A stretch of DNA of 64,000 bases from Oscillospiraceae bacterium (lineage in GTDB: Bacteria; Bacillota; Clostridia; Oscillospirales; Oscillospiraceae), in contig JAFSCK010000023.1 of assembly GCA_017436785.1 (NCBI GenBank), positions 53,225-117,224 of the forward strand, written 5' to 3'. Numbering within the stretch: the first letter of the stretch is position 1; each line of letters begins with the position of its first letter. Both the position numbers and the translations under genes were made by a program. Positions 19,557-29,948 of this stretch are shown one piece after another. A model generated the notes under the pieces. That model ran no database searches. It was not told where the DNA came from and was given only the letters and a program-made list of their open reading frames with translations.

Positions 19557-20573
19557 TTAATATACCCGGCGAGCGCCGAAATAATGTACGGACCAATAAC
19601 CACTGGTCAAATCGGAATAAGAAACCGTAGACCGGGAATTTGGTGCATGAATAAATTGTCCATCGCCTGCATAAATGCCCACATGAGACAGTCTGTTTGC
19701 ACCGGTGCCCGCAAAGAATACAATGTCACCGGGCTGCAGATTTTTCTTTTCCACATAAGTTCCCATAGTGTACTGGGATGGTGGGGTGCGGTAGGGGGCG
19801 TATCCGAGCTGCTTCAGAACGTAATAGACAAATCCTGAACAGTCAAAGCCGCTGGGGGATGCACCGCCGCTAACATAGGGTGTACCTAAATATTTCTGCG
19901 CTTCCAGCAGAATATCAGTGCCAGCTCCACTGGGTAACGTGCCGACATTGCCGGGGTTTGTGGAAGGCGTAGAGGTATCAGAGGGATTCCCATTAAGGGC
20001 CGAACCACTGGGGGCAACACCGGTAGATTTTCCGCGGCGAAAAAATTTAGGAGAATTGACCGAAGCCTTATTTTCGTAAGGAATTTCTGTCAGTTCTACA
20101 TAATCACTGCGAATATAGCCGATTTCGTTTTTGTAGATGACCTTGTACCAGCCTTCGTTGATGCCTATGATATAGCATATATCCGATTTAGAGGAAACTG
20201 TGATTACACCGGCAGATATAGAAGGGCCGCTTCGCACATTTACATCACTGCCTGCGATCCTGCCATACCCCAATTCTGCATTTTCTGTTACAGAGGCATC
20301 CAGAGAATCGGATTGCATGTAGCCGATTTGCAGATTAAAGTTAACCTTGTACCATCCTTCGGATTTGCTTAAGATAACGACACATTCATCCAGACACGCC
20401 GTATCCAGAATGGAAGCGTCCGTATTTGGTTCTTTATAAAGGCATAGGGAAGCTACGTTTACAAACCCGATTCCATAGGTAAGATCGCTGGCGGCAGATG
20501 CAGAGATGACAAAATTACAGGTCAGAAGTATCCATACCAAAATCAGACAAGTGATCTTTTTTGCGAAATTCAT
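19557..20573 (-). CDS. Secreted SH3b + NlpC/P60 peptidoglycan endopeptidase
   Basis: Signal peptide, VNVRSGPS, GFDCSGF, SHVGIY, FIHA. Confidence 0.92.
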   Translation of the reverse strand: MNFAKKITCLILVWILLTCNFVISASAASDLTYGIGFVNVASLCLYKEPNTDASILDTACLDECVVILSKSEGWYKVNFNLQIGYMQSDSLDASVTENAELGYGRIAGSDVNVRSGPSISAGVITVSSKSDICYIIGINEGWYKVIYKNEIGYIRSDYVELTEIPYENKASVNSPKFFRRGKSTGVAPSGSALNGNPSDTSTPSTNPGNVGTLPSGAGTDILLEAQKYLGTPYVSGGASPSGFDCSGFVYYVLKQLGYAPYRTPPSQYTMGTYVEKKNLQPGDIVFFAGTGANRLSHVGIYAGDGQFIHAPNSRSTVSYSDLTSGYWSVHYFGARRVY

Positions 20574-20640
20574 ACTTTGTCCTCCGTCTTTTGTGGGAAT
20601 CCTTCTGAGGAGTTACAGAAAATTCCGAAAAAAGGCGGGA

Positions 20641-20931
20641 TTATTTTCCCGCCAATGCGCGTTCCAGCCAGACACAGCCCAGATCCAGAGCAGTGTAGAA
20701 GCCGTCTTTTTCGCTCTTTTTTACGATTCTGTCCCGGCTTTTTGCGGCAGGATCCGTCAGCTGGAGCTGAACAGAAACCCGGGATGCGACATCCATATCG
20801 CCAACCTTTTTGCTCTCCAGAACCTGAAGCATAACAATGTGGCTGTCTGCCATAGAACCGTAATACACAATATTGTCTTTCCGCATCAGCGGACGACCTT
20901 TATACATTAAAACTGCTTTTTCGTCAGCCAT
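20641..20931 (-). CDS. Hypothetical protein
   Basis: Clean ORF with AGGAGG RBS and an upstream TTGACT..TACAAT promoter. Confidence 0.75.
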   Translation of the reverse strand: MADEKAVLMYKGRPLMRKDNIVYYGSMADSHIVMLQVLESKKVGDMDVASRVSVQLQLTDPAAKSRDRIVKKSEKDGFYTALDLGCVWLERALAGK

Positions 20932-21137
20932 AAAAGGCACCTCCTGCAAGTTGTAATCAAATTGTAACATATTGCTACAAAACAGTCAAGATAAAGTTAC
21001 GATAAGTCCGGGAAAGAGAGATTAACGTAACATGATACGAATAGAGAAGAAATTAGAGTAAGACGGAGGGGTAGTATGAATTTTTCAAGGTACAAAACAA
21101 GAGGCCTTTGCCTGTGCAAAAGCCTCTTGGCTTTGGA

Positions 21138-21392
21138 TCAATCCTGTTCAAACAGGTACTCGCGAACCAGAACCTGCATCAATTCATCCCGGTCGATCTT
21201 GCAAATCATGCTGCGGGCATTGTTGTAGTTGGTGATGTATGTGGGGTCTTCTGTCAAAAGATATCCAACGATCTGGTTGATGGGGTTATAGCCTTTTTCT
21301 GTCAAGGCCTCGTACACACTCCGGAGAATCCGGCGCATATTCTCTTTGTCGTCGCTGGGTACTGTGAATTTCAGGGTTTCCTTTCCGGTCAT
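21138..21392 (-). CDS. IreB/ReoM (DUF965) regulatory phosphoprotein
   Basis: VYEALTEKGYNPINQIVGYLLTEDPTYIT. Confidence 0.93.
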   Translation of the reverse strand: MTGKETLKFTVPSDDKENMRRILRSVYEALTEKGYNPINQIVGYLLTEDPTYITNYNNARSMICKIDRDELMQVLVREYLFEQD

Positions 21393-21541
21393 GGTACTTA
21401 AGCCTCCTTAGTAAAAGTTTATAGTAATTATAACCGAAAAACAAGAGACTGTAAAGTCCTAAGATCAGAAATATTTGTTAATTTTTCCTTAGGATTCTTT
21501 TAAAAACAGGGCAGAATGAACTGCCCTGTTTTTTGTATCCA

Positions 21542-23929
21542 TTATCTCAGGCTGGCATCCAGCTTTTCTTTCAATGCAGAAAGAACCTTGGAAACAACTG
21601 CTTCAGAATCTGTATCAGTCAGCGTGCGGTCATCAGCACGCAGCTCCAGAGAGAAGGCCATGGACTTCTTACCCTCGGGAACACCGACACCACGGTAGAT
21701 ATCGAAGAGCTTAACACCGCGCAGAAGCTTACCGGCAGCGGCAGTGATGACATCCTCAACCTGCGCAACCGTTACTGCTTCATCACAGATCAGAGAGAGG
21801 TCGCGGGTAACAGAAGGATATTTGGGCAGGGGAGTGTAGGTCGCGTCAGGCAGCTGGCACTGCAGCAGCTTGGTGAAGCTGATCTCAGCGCAGTAAACAT
21901 CGGCATCCATGCCGTAATTCTTAGCAACCAGAGGATGGACCTGACCAAGGAAGCCCACATCCATACCATCAATCGTAACCTTAGCGCAGCGGCCGGGATG
22001 ATAGCTGGGATTATCCTTAACAGCGGTATAGCTGGCCTTTTTCAGACGCAGACCGGCAAAAACGGCTTCCAGCTCGCCCTTCAAGGTAAAGAAGGTCTCA
22101 TTTGCACCATAGGTACCCAGCAAGAGCATCTTGGGCTCTTCAGGCAGCTTCTGGCCATCAACGGGAAGATAGATCTTTGCGACTTCGTACAGCTTAACAG
22201 CTTTGTTGTGGTAAGCGTAGTTACGGGACAGAATGTCCATCATGGAGGGGAGGGCAATGGTACGCATGATGGAGGTATCTTCACCCAAAGGATTCTGGAT
22301 ACGCATAGCATTACGCAGGGGAGAATCTGCGCTGATGCGGATCTGATCGAAGATGGCGGGAGAAACAAAGGAATAGGTGATGATCTCGCTGTAGCCCAAG
22401 CCGCGGCACAGCTGACCGGCCTTGGCTTCCAACTTCATCTCGGGGGAGTAGCCACCCTGTGTAGAGGTGCGGAAAGCAGTAGTGGGGATCTCGTTGTAAC
22501 CGTGGGAACGGCCAACCTCCTCAGCTACATCGGCCATCAGGTTCAGGTCAGGGCGGAAGGAGGGCACCTGAATGGTATCGTCCTCTACGGGGATTTCCAG
22601 CAGGTTCAGATATTTGACCATATCATCCTTAGAAATGTCAGTGCCAAGCAGACGGTTGATCTTTTCAGGCTCCAGAGGAAGTGTTTTTGGCTCGGGGACA
22701 TAATTGATAACGTCAATGGTACCATCCAGCACTTCGCCACACTCCAGCATTTCTACCAGTTCACAGGCACGCTGAACAGCGGGAATGGTCATCATGGGAT
22801 CCAGATTCTTCTCAAACTTACCAGAGGCTTCGGTGCGCATGCCCAGAGCCAGCGCAGTCTGACGGATAGAGGTGCCGTTAAAGTTTGCGGACTCGAAAAC
22901 GACCATGGTGGTATCATCCATGATTTCAGAATTTTCGCCGCCCATAATACCAGCCAGACCAATGGCCTTATCATCGTCAGCAATGACCAGCATACCGGCC
23001 TTCAGGTTACGAACATTGCCATCCAGCGTGGTCAGGGTTTCGCCATCAACTGCTTCGCGGACCACAATCTTACCGGAGGAAACGTACCGATAATCAAACG
23101 CGTGCATGGGCTGGCCGTACTCCAACATGACATAGTTGGTGATATCCACAATATTGTTGATGGGGCGGACACCGTTGGCACGCAGGCGGTGACGCAGCCA
23201 CTTGGGAGAGGGCCCAATTTTTACATTGGCTACCATACGGGAGGAATAGCGGTTGCACAGCTCGGTAGCGGGAACCTCCACATCCAGATGTTCGTAGATA
23301 GAACCTGAATCGCTGCCCTTGACCACAGGCTCGTGGTGCTTCATCTGCATACCGAAAGCGGCGGCAGATTCTCTTGCCAGACCGATGATAGAGTAGCAAT
23401 CGGGACGGTTGTTGGTGATTTCAAATTCCACAACGGTATCGTCATTGCCGATGACCAGATTGATGTCATCGCCGGGCTTGCAGTCTTCGTCGTTGAGGAT
23501 CCAGATGCCGTCTGCATAGGCACCGGGCAGATCGTTCTGGGTCAGGCCCAGCTCCGCAAAGGAGCAGAGCATACCGTTGGACTTTTCACCGCGCAGCTTG
23601 CCCTTGGTGATGTGGATGCCGCCGGGAAGCCAAGAGTTGTGCAGTGCGGCGGGAACCAGATCGCCTTCTTTGACGTTCTGGGCACCGGTGACGATCTGGA
23701 CAGGCTCTTCCTGTCCCACATCCACCTGACAGACCCACATATGATCGGAATTGGTGTGACGAACGATGGAAACTACCTTACCAACCACGACATTTTTGAT
23801 TTCAGCGTCCATTCGCTCATAGGTTTCCACCTTCTGACCGAAGACGGTCAGGGTTTCCACATATTCTTTATCGGAAACGTGGGACAGATCCACAAATTCC
23901 TCGTGCAGCCATTTTCTGTTCAGTTTCAT
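21542..23929 (-). CDS. pheT: Phenylalanine--tRNA ligase beta subunit
   Basis: EITNNRPDC, INNIVDITNYV, C-terminal RTLTD. Confidence 0.97.
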   Translation of the reverse strand: MKLNRKWLHEEFVDLSHVSDKEYVETLTVFGQKVETYERMDAEIKNVVVGKVVSIVRHTNSDHMWVCQVDVGQEEPVQIVTGAQNVKEGDLVPAALHNSWLPGGIHITKGKLRGEKSNGMLCSFAELGLTQNDLPGAYADGIWILNDEDCKPGDDINLVIGNDDTVVEFEITNNRPDCYSIIGLARESAAAFGMQMKHHEPVVKGSDSGSIYEHLDVEVPATELCNRYSSRMVANVKIGPSPKWLRHRLRANGVRPINNIVDITNYVMLEYGQPMHAFDYRYVSSGKIVVREAVDGETLTTLDGNVRNLKAGMLVIADDDKAIGLAGIMGGENSEIMDDTTMVVFESANFNGTSIRQTALALGMRTEASGKFEKNLDPMMTIPAVQRACELVEMLECGEVLDGTIDVINYVPEPKTLPLEPEKINRLLGTDISKDDMVKYLNLLEIPVEDDTIQVPSFRPDLNLMADVAEEVGRSHGYNEIPTTAFRTSTQGGYSPEMKLEAKAGQLCRGLGYSEIITYSFVSPAIFDQIRISADSPLRNAMRIQNPLGEDTSIMRTIALPSMMDILSRNYAYHNKAVKLYEVAKIYLPVDGQKLPEEPKMLLLGTYGANETFFTLKGELEAVFAGLRLKKASYTAVKDNPSYHPGRCAKVTIDGMDVGFLGQVHPLVAKNYGMDADVYCAEISFTKLLQCQLPDATYTPLPKYPSVTRDLSLICDEAVTVAQVEDVITAAAGKLLRGVKLFDIYRGVGVPEGKKSMAFSLELRADDRTLTDTDSEAVVSKVLSALKEKLDASLR

Positions 23930-23945
23930 TTTTCTGTCCCTCCTT

Positions 23946-24989
23946 TTAGAACTGGTTCAGGAACCGCATATCGTTGTCGAAGATCAGACGCAGGTCATTG
24001 ATCTTCATGCGGCCCATAGCGGTACGCTCCAGACCGATGCCGAAGGCAAAACCGGAATACTTTTCGGAATCAATGCCGCAGTTCTCCAGAACCTTGGGAT
24101 GCACCATGCCGGCACCCAGCAGCTCAATCCAGCCCTCACCGTGGCAGGTAGAGCAGACATTGCCGTCGATCTCGCCGGTACCGTGGCACTTGTGGCACTG
24201 CATGTCCATTTCGCAGCTGGGTTCAGTAAAGGGGAAGTGGTGGGGGCGGAAACGGACCTGTGCATCGTGGCCGTAGATCTTGTTCATGATGGTGATGAGA
24301 GCACCTTTCAGATCGCCCATGGTAATGTTCTCACCGACTACCAGACCTTCGATCTGATGGAACATGGGAGAGTGGGTAGCATCTGCCTCATCCTTACGGA
24401 ACACACGGCCGGGAGCCAGCATGCAGAAAGGAGGCTTGTGTGTCTCCATGTACCGGATCTGCATGGAGCTGGTCTGGGTCCGCAGCAGAACTTCGTCATT
24501 ATCGTCGAAATAGAAGGTATCGGAGCGGTCACGGGAGGGATGGCCTTCTTCGATATTCAGACGGGTAAAGTTGTAGCTGGCAAACTCCACCTCGGGACCG
24601 TCAACAACGGTATATCCCATACCCACGAAGATATCCTTGATCTCCTGAAGAACCTGATTCATGGGATGCTGATGACCGACAGCCACAGTCTCACCGGGAA
24701 TGGTAACGTCGATGGCTTCTGCAGCCAGCTTGGCTTCCAGAACGGCAGCATGGATCGCAGCCTTGCGCTCCTCAAGCTTGGCTTCGATTTCAGCGCGGAC
24801 GGCGTTGGCCATCTGGCCCATAATAGGACGCTCTTCGGGGGAGAGCTTACCCATCTGCTTCAGAACAGCAGTCAGCTCACCCTTTTTGCCAAGCAGCTTG
24901 ACGCGAAGCTCCTCCAGAGCGGCAGGGGTAGCGGCAGCTTCCAGCGCTGCCAGAGCATTTCCTTTGATTTGCTCTAATTGTTCTCTCAT
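23946..24989 (-). CDS. pheS: Phenylalanine--tRNA ligase alpha subunit
   Basis: LRTQTS, HSPMFHQIEG, FPFTEPS, GFAFGIGLER. Confidence 0.97.
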   Translation of the reverse strand: MREQLEQIKGNALAALEAAATPAALEELRVKLLGKKGELTAVLKQMGKLSPEERPIMGQMANAVRAEIEAKLEERKAAIHAAVLEAKLAAEAIDVTIPGETVAVGHQHPMNQVLQEIKDIFVGMGYTVVDGPEVEFASYNFTRLNIEEGHPSRDRSDTFYFDDNDEVLLRTQTSSMQIRYMETHKPPFCMLAPGRVFRKDEADATHSPMFHQIEGLVVGENITMGDLKGALITIMNKIYGHDAQVRFRPHHFPFTEPSCEMDMQCHKCHGTGEIDGNVCSTCHGEGWIELLGAGMVHPKVLENCGIDSEKYSGFAFGIGLERTAMGRMKINDLRLIFDNDMRFLNQF

Positions 24990-25014
24990 GTTTTATCCTC
25001 CTAAAAGGTTTACT

Positions 25015-25270
25015 ACAAATAAAAAGACCTTCCATCCCATGATCGGGACGAAAGGCAATCCTTCCGCGGTACCACCCGCAATTCGCTTATCTTAAGCGCA
25101 GCTTTTTCGGATGCAGACACATCCAAGACCGATAACGCAGTCACGCGTCCGTCCCTACTTAGTTTTCAGGCGGCAGCTCCCGGGGGAAAGCCCGATACTG
25201 CACGCAAGCGGCTTCCACCATCCCGCTCTCGCTAAAACGCAAACCAATACAAGGCAACCCGATCATTGCA
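25015..25270 (-). promoter_or_regulatory. T-box riboswitch (Phe)
   Basis: AGCGAGAG and GGTGGAA stem-I motifs, TTC specifier near 25186-25188, AATTGCGGGTGGTACCGCG T-box, TTTCGTCCC, then a terminator with U-tract. Confidence 0.92.
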
Positions 25271-25390
25271 TTTACATATCTTTGCTATACTAACATATTC
25301 ATTAAAAATATGCAAGAAGATTTTCTGTTTCTTGACGAAAAAATGGGTCCGTGGTATGATTTAGGAAACAAGAAGGAGGATGATCCCGTT

Positions 25391-26899
25391 ATGAAATTTG
25401 AATCTGTAGCACAGGCGATAGAAATGCTGAAAAATTTCCAGCAGACCCAGTATGCCTATAACCATGCGATCAGTATGCTCTATCACGATGCATCCACGAC
25501 TGCGCCCAGTGATTCTTGGGAGGGCCGGGGAAAGACCATGGAGATCCTGACACAGGTAACATATGAGCAAATGACCAAACCAGAAAATGCTGAATTGCTT
25601 TCCTATCTTGAAGCAAATGCAGATCAGCTGGATGCTCAGACCCGTAGAGAGGTAGAGGTGCTGCGCAAAGGTTATGACCAGATCCACCGGATCCCTGCTG
25701 AGGAATACGTTGCATACAGCGTCCTGCTGAACGAGGCGCAGGGTGTTTGGCAAAAAGCTAAGACAGACGATAATTTTGAACTCTTTGCACCAGTCTTGGA
25801 GAAGATCGTGGACTTTAACAGAAAGTTTGCCGGATACTACCAGCCGGATATGCTTCCTTACGATGCACTCCTAAACGAATATGAAGAAGGCCTTACCATG
25901 GAAACGCTGGATGCGTTCTTTGCCCAGCTTCAGGAGACCATTGTTCCCCTGATCGCAAAGATTCGGGAAGCAAAGCAGATCGACAATGCTTTTTTGTTCA
26001 AAACATACCCTGCTGCACAGCAGCGTGTCTTCTCTGAATACCTGATGGATCTTATGGGGATCGATAAGACACACTGCGCCCTGGGAGAGACAGAACATCC
26101 TTACACTATGAATTTCAATAATAAGGATGTTCGTATTACGACCCATTACTACGAGAATAATTTGGTAAGCTCCATGTTCTCAGTGGTTCACGAGGGCGGT
26201 CATGCCTTGTATGAGCTGGGGGCAGACGACTGCTATAATTACACTGCCCTGACCGGTGGTGTATCTATGGGCATCCATGAAAGCCAAAGCCGCTTCTACG
26301 AAAATATTATCGGAAGAAGTGAGGCTTTTGTACATGCTGTCTTCCCGAAGCTGAAGGAATTGTTCCCGGAGCAGCTGAAGGATGTGGATGAAATGATGTT
26401 TTACCGTGCCATTAACCGCAGTGAACCGTCCCTGATCCGCATTGAGGCGGATGAGCTGACCTATCCGCTGCATATTATGGTGCGCTACGAGGTGGAAAAG
26501 CAGTTGATCGCAGGTACCTTGGCTGTAAAGGATATTCCTGCTGAGTGGAACCGTTTGTATAAGGAATACTTGGGGGTAGATGTGCCCAACAATGCCAAGG
26601 GCTGCCTGCAGGATAGCCACTGGAGCGGCGGTTCTATTGGCTACTTCCCCTCCTATGCAATCGGCAGTGCTTATGGCCCGCAGATGCTGCGCAAGATGGA
26701 GGAAGAACTGGGCGATATTTATAAGGATGTTGCAAAGGGCGATCTGAGCAGAGTCACGGCATGGCTCAGAGAGAAAATCCACCGGTATGCAAGTTTTAAG
26801 AAACCCACAGAGCTGTTTGAATCCGTCTGCGGTAGATTTGATGCTAAATACTTTACGGATTATTTGACGGAAAAGTATAGTAAGCTGTACGATCTCTAA
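25391..26899 (+). CDS. Carboxypeptidase M32 family
   Basis: HEGGH, HESQS, IRIEADELTY, GCLQDSHW, GYFPSY. Confidence 0.95.
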   Translation: MKFESVAQAIEMLKNFQQTQYAYNHAISMLYHDASTTAPSDSWEGRGKTMEILTQVTYEQMTKPENAELLSYLEANADQLDAQTRREVEVLRKGYDQIHRIPAEEYVAYSVLLNEAQGVWQKAKTDDNFELFAPVLEKIVDFNRKFAGYYQPDMLPYDALLNEYEEGLTMETLDAFFAQLQETIVPLIAKIREAKQIDNAFLFKTYPAAQQRVFSEYLMDLMGIDKTHCALGETEHPYTMNFNNKDVRITTHYYENNLVSSMFSVVHEGGHALYELGADDCYNYTALTGGVSMGIHESQSRFYENIIGRSEAFVHAVFPKLKELFPEQLKDVDEMMFYRAINRSEPSLIRIEADELTYPLHIMVRYEVEKQLIAGTLAVKDIPAEWNRLYKEYLGVDVPNNAKGCLQDSHWSGGSIGYFPSYAIGSAYGPQMLRKMEEELGDIYKDVAKGDLSRVTAWLREKIHRYASFKKPTELFESVCGRFDAKYFTDYLTEKYSKLYDL

Positions 26900-26909
26900 A
26901 ACGGCTGCC

Positions 26910-27758
26910 ATGGAAATTAGAGAACTTTGTCACGAAAAGGTCCTATCTCTGCTTCCTGACCGTGATCCATGGGGCCATAAGGGAAATTTTGGAAAGCTTC
27001 TGCTGCTTTGCGGCAGCAGGGGCTTTACCGGAGCAGCGTACCTTGCAGCCATGGGCGCCCTGCGCAGCGGAGCCGGACTGACTTTTTTAGGTGTTCCGGA
27101 ATCTATCTATGCCATTGAAGCGGTAAAGCTGAATGAACCGGTGGTATTTCCGCTTCCTGATACAGATGGAAAGCTGAGTATCATGGCGATTGCAGAAATC
27201 GAGAAGCGTCTTCCGCAGATGGATGCCGTTCTGGTCGGTTGTGGACTGGGCCAATCCAGCGGGACATTGGCTGTTGTGAAATTCGTGTTGGAAAACGCCA
27301 GTTGTCCGGTGGTTGTGGATGCAGATGGCATAAACGTCCTGTCTGGGCATAAGGATATATTGCGTAGAAGAACTGCACCCACGATCTTAACGCCCCATGA
27401 TGGTGAATTTATTCGCTTTGGCGGAACCATTGGGGAGGACCGGATGGCATCCGCAGCATATTTTGCCCGGGAGTGGAACAGTATCCTTTTGCTGAAGGGC
27501 CGCCGCACTTGCATTACCGACGGCTTCGGCGCTTACCGAAACCTGACGGGAAACCCCGGTATGGCAGTAGGTGGCAGCGGAGATGTTTTGGCAGGGATCA
27601 TTGTCAGTCTGCTGGGACAGGGCATTGCTCCGTTGGAAGCAGCTGCTTGCGCCGCATGGCTCCATGGCGCTGCCGGAGACCTTTGTGCGCAGGAAATTGG
27701 CCAGTATGGCATGCTGCCGACAGACATGCTGCAGCGTCTTCCACGACTTTTGAAATAA
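26910..27758 (+). CDS. nnrD: ADP-dependent NAD(P)H-hydrate dehydratase
   Basis: HKGNFG, DADG, LTPHDGEF, GGSGDVLAG. Confidence 0.92.
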   Translation: MEIRELCHEKVLSLLPDRDPWGHKGNFGKLLLLCGSRGFTGAAYLAAMGALRSGAGLTFLGVPESIYAIEAVKLNEPVVFPLPDTDGKLSIMAIAEIEKRLPQMDAVLVGCGLGQSSGTLAVVKFVLENASCPVVVDADGINVLSGHKDILRRRTAPTILTPHDGEFIRFGGTIGEDRMASAAYFAREWNSILLLKGRRTCITDGFGAYRNLTGNPGMAVGGSGDVLAGIIVSLLGQGIAPLEAAACAAWLHGAAGDLCAQEIGQYGMLPTDMLQRLPRLLK

Positions 27759-27769
27759 GGCGGAATCTT

Positions 27770-28330
27770 ATGAAAAAGGCTGGACTGCTTGCCTTCGTGT
27801 TACTGCTTTTGTCCGGATGTACCAATCAAACAGAGGAAATAGAACGGGGGATGACGCTGCGCAGGAAGCTGCTGCAGGCATCCTCCTGTTCCTTTCATGC
27901 GGAAATTACAGCGGATTATGGAGAATTTCTGTATACATTTGCAATGGAGTGTCAAGGGGATGCGGATGGAAACATGACCTTTACTGTGTCAGAGCCGGAA
28001 AGCATTGCCGGGATTACAGGGAAAATAACTGAAGAGAATGGTTTTCTGACATTTGATCAGCAGGCTCTATTCTTTTCTTTGTTGACGGATGACCAGCTAA
28101 GTCCCATCAGTGCACCATGGATATTGCTGAAAACACTGCGCAGTGGATATCTGACATCTGCCGGTATGGATGAGGGAAGGCTTCGCCTGACAATAGATGA
28201 CAGCTATGAAGAGGATGCGCTGCAAGTGGATATCTGGCTGGATGCGCAAGACATGCCTGAATGTGCGGAGATATTGTATGATGGAAGACGGATCTTGTCG
28301 TTGAATGTCACGGATTTTAGAATCCTGTAG
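27770..28330 (+). CDS. Lipoprotein, possibly LolA-like (YdcC/GerS type)
   Basis: Lipobox LLSGC; position after nnrD matches the common Firmicute cluster. Confidence 0.65.
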   Translation: MKKAGLLAFVLLLLSGCTNQTEEIERGMTLRRKLLQASSCSFHAEITADYGEFLYTFAMECQGDADGNMTFTVSEPESIAGITGKITEENGFLTFDQQALFFSLLTDDQLSPISAPWILLKTLRSGYLTSAGMDEGRLRLTIDDSYEEDALQVDIWLDAQDMPECAEILYDGRRILSLNVTDFRIL

Positions 28331-28468
28331 CATTTTGAAGAAGCCGTGCATAGGATATTTTAAACGCTGCACCGTATAAAATCCATAGATACGTGGGAGA
28401 ATACCCTTACCGCGTTACATATGGCCACATACGGTAGCGCGCAAGCATTTGCACGGAGCGTGAAGACA

Positions 28469-28840
28469 ATGAGCGAAGCATCAGTAAAACGCGGCGACAT
28501 ATTTTATGCCGACCTGTCGCCGGTAGTGGGCAGTGAGCAGGGGGGGACACGGCCTGTTCTGATCGTTCAAAATGATACAGGAAACCGACATTCCCCTACA
28601 GTGATCGCCGCAGCCATTACCAGTCAAACAGGAAAAGCCCGACTGCCTACCCATATCAACATAGCCGGAGGCAGTGTAGGCCTCAGTAAGGACTCGATCA
28701 TACTGCTGGAACAGATCAGAACGATTGATAAACGCAGGCTGCGTGAACACATGGGACATTTGGACGAAGAACAGATGGCACAGGTAGACGATGCCATAGC
28801 CGTTAGTTTCGGCCTTCCCGGAGGAAGCAGACCAAGTTGA
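28469..28840 (+). CDS. mazF: PemK/MazF (NdoA) endoribonuclease toxin
   Basis: KRGDIFYADLSPVVGSEQGGTRPVLIVQND..LEQIRTIDK. Confidence 0.95.
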   Translation: MSEASVKRGDIFYADLSPVVGSEQGGTRPVLIVQNDTGNRHSPTVIAAAITSQTGKARLPTHINIAGGSVGLSKDSIILLEQIRTIDKRRLREHMGHLDEEQMAQVDDAIAVSFGLPGGSRPS

Positions 28841-28901
28841 AAGAATAGAAATAACGCCTCCATTTGCGGCATAGGATGCAGCAAGGGGGCGTTATTTTTT
28901 G

Positions 28902-29288
28902 ATGGAACATTTTTATGTGTATTTTGGAAATGAGAAGGTCGGAGGCGTTCAGGTAGTTAGACAGGGATTGTATTATCGATTTGTTTGCCGCTGCAAGCTT
29001 GCAGGCGATGTCCTTTGCCGATTACAGGTTACCTGTGGGGACAAGTGTGAAAATCTAGGGATCGTGGTACCGATGGAGGGTACCTTCGGATTGGAAACAA
29101 AATTGCCTGTAAAGCGGCTGGGAGAGGGAAATATGGAATTTCTGCTGCTGCCAAAGCATGAGAAGAAAGCGGAAAGATTTATTCCCATTTGTCCAGAGGA
29201 GCCCTTTGCCTATATTGCGCGCTTAAAGGAAGCTTACTTAAGCCGAAAGGACGGACAGGTTGGCATTGTATTAAATGGTAAAATTTAA
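28902..29288 (+). CDS. Hypothetical protein
   Basis: ORF with AAGGGGG RBS; sigE-like promoter upstream. Confidence 0.65.
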   Translation: MEHFYVYFGNEKVGGVQVVRQGLYYRFVCRCKLAGDVLCRLQVTCGDKCENLGIVVPMEGTFGLETKLPVKRLGEGNMEFLLLPKHEKKAERFIPICPEEPFAYIARLKEAYLSRKDGQVGIVLNGKI

Positions 29289-29359
29289 GGTTTTCTTAAA
29301 ACACAACCTTTGAGATATATGTTATAATTATTATAAATAGAAACAAAGGAGGAAACCAT

Positions 29360-29878
29360 ATGGACTCTGATGCACAGGTATGGGAAAAGAGGTCAGCAAA
29401 GATCGTGCTGGGCCTGCGAAAGGGAATCCTAATTTACGGCATTCTGGTGATAATTTTACTCTTTGTATATAACATAGGATTTTTGGAAGATGTAGATAAA
29501 ACAATGGATGGCTATATTCTCGTAGAGAATGGTGAAAGCTATCCCTGCGAGGTTCGTCTGACAGGACAGGCAACAGAATATCCGGTAAAGAATTTTGTCC
29601 GCAGGAGAAACAACTACCGATATGCAGGAGACGTAACTGCCTATGTGAACGGGACCCGATTGGCGATCGTTTCCTTTGACGGCTCGGATGCTCATTACGC
29701 ATATGGTGAAAACTATCCGACGAATTGCCGGATCCGCCGGGACTTGGAAAGGGTATTTGCAGAAACAGAGTTGAAGAAGCTACTCCCGGAGCAGGACAGT
29801 AAGCGATGCGTCATCGTTGGTCCGGCCGCAAGCGAAGAAGAAGCGCTGGCATTACTAGAAAACCGGGAGAGGTCATAA
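29360..29878 (+). CDS. Hypothetical membrane-anchored protein
   Basis: AAGGAGG RBS, TATAAT, N-terminal TM helix. Confidence 0.7.
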   Translation: MDSDAQVWEKRSAKIVLGLRKGILIYGILVIILLFVYNIGFLEDVDKTMDGYILVENGESYPCEVRLTGQATEYPVKNFVRRRNNYRYAGDVTAYVNGTRLAIVSFDGSDAHYAYGENYPTNCRIRRDLERVFAETELKKLLPEQDSKRCVIVGPAASEEEALALLENRERS

Positions 29879-29948
29879 TCAAGAATTGATTTTAAGGTAA
29901 AAAAGTGAACTGCTGCCCTTTGGGGCAGCAGTTTTTTCGCATAGGATA

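Noticed and set aside
21065-21137. GGAGG plus ATG at 21076 starting a plus-strand ORF
   Set aside because: Runs into the IreB terminator and antisense to ireB; no recognisable product
21533-24977. Long plus-strand ORFs (591, 222, 292 aa)
   Set aside because: Antisense shadows of pheT/pheS caused by codon bias
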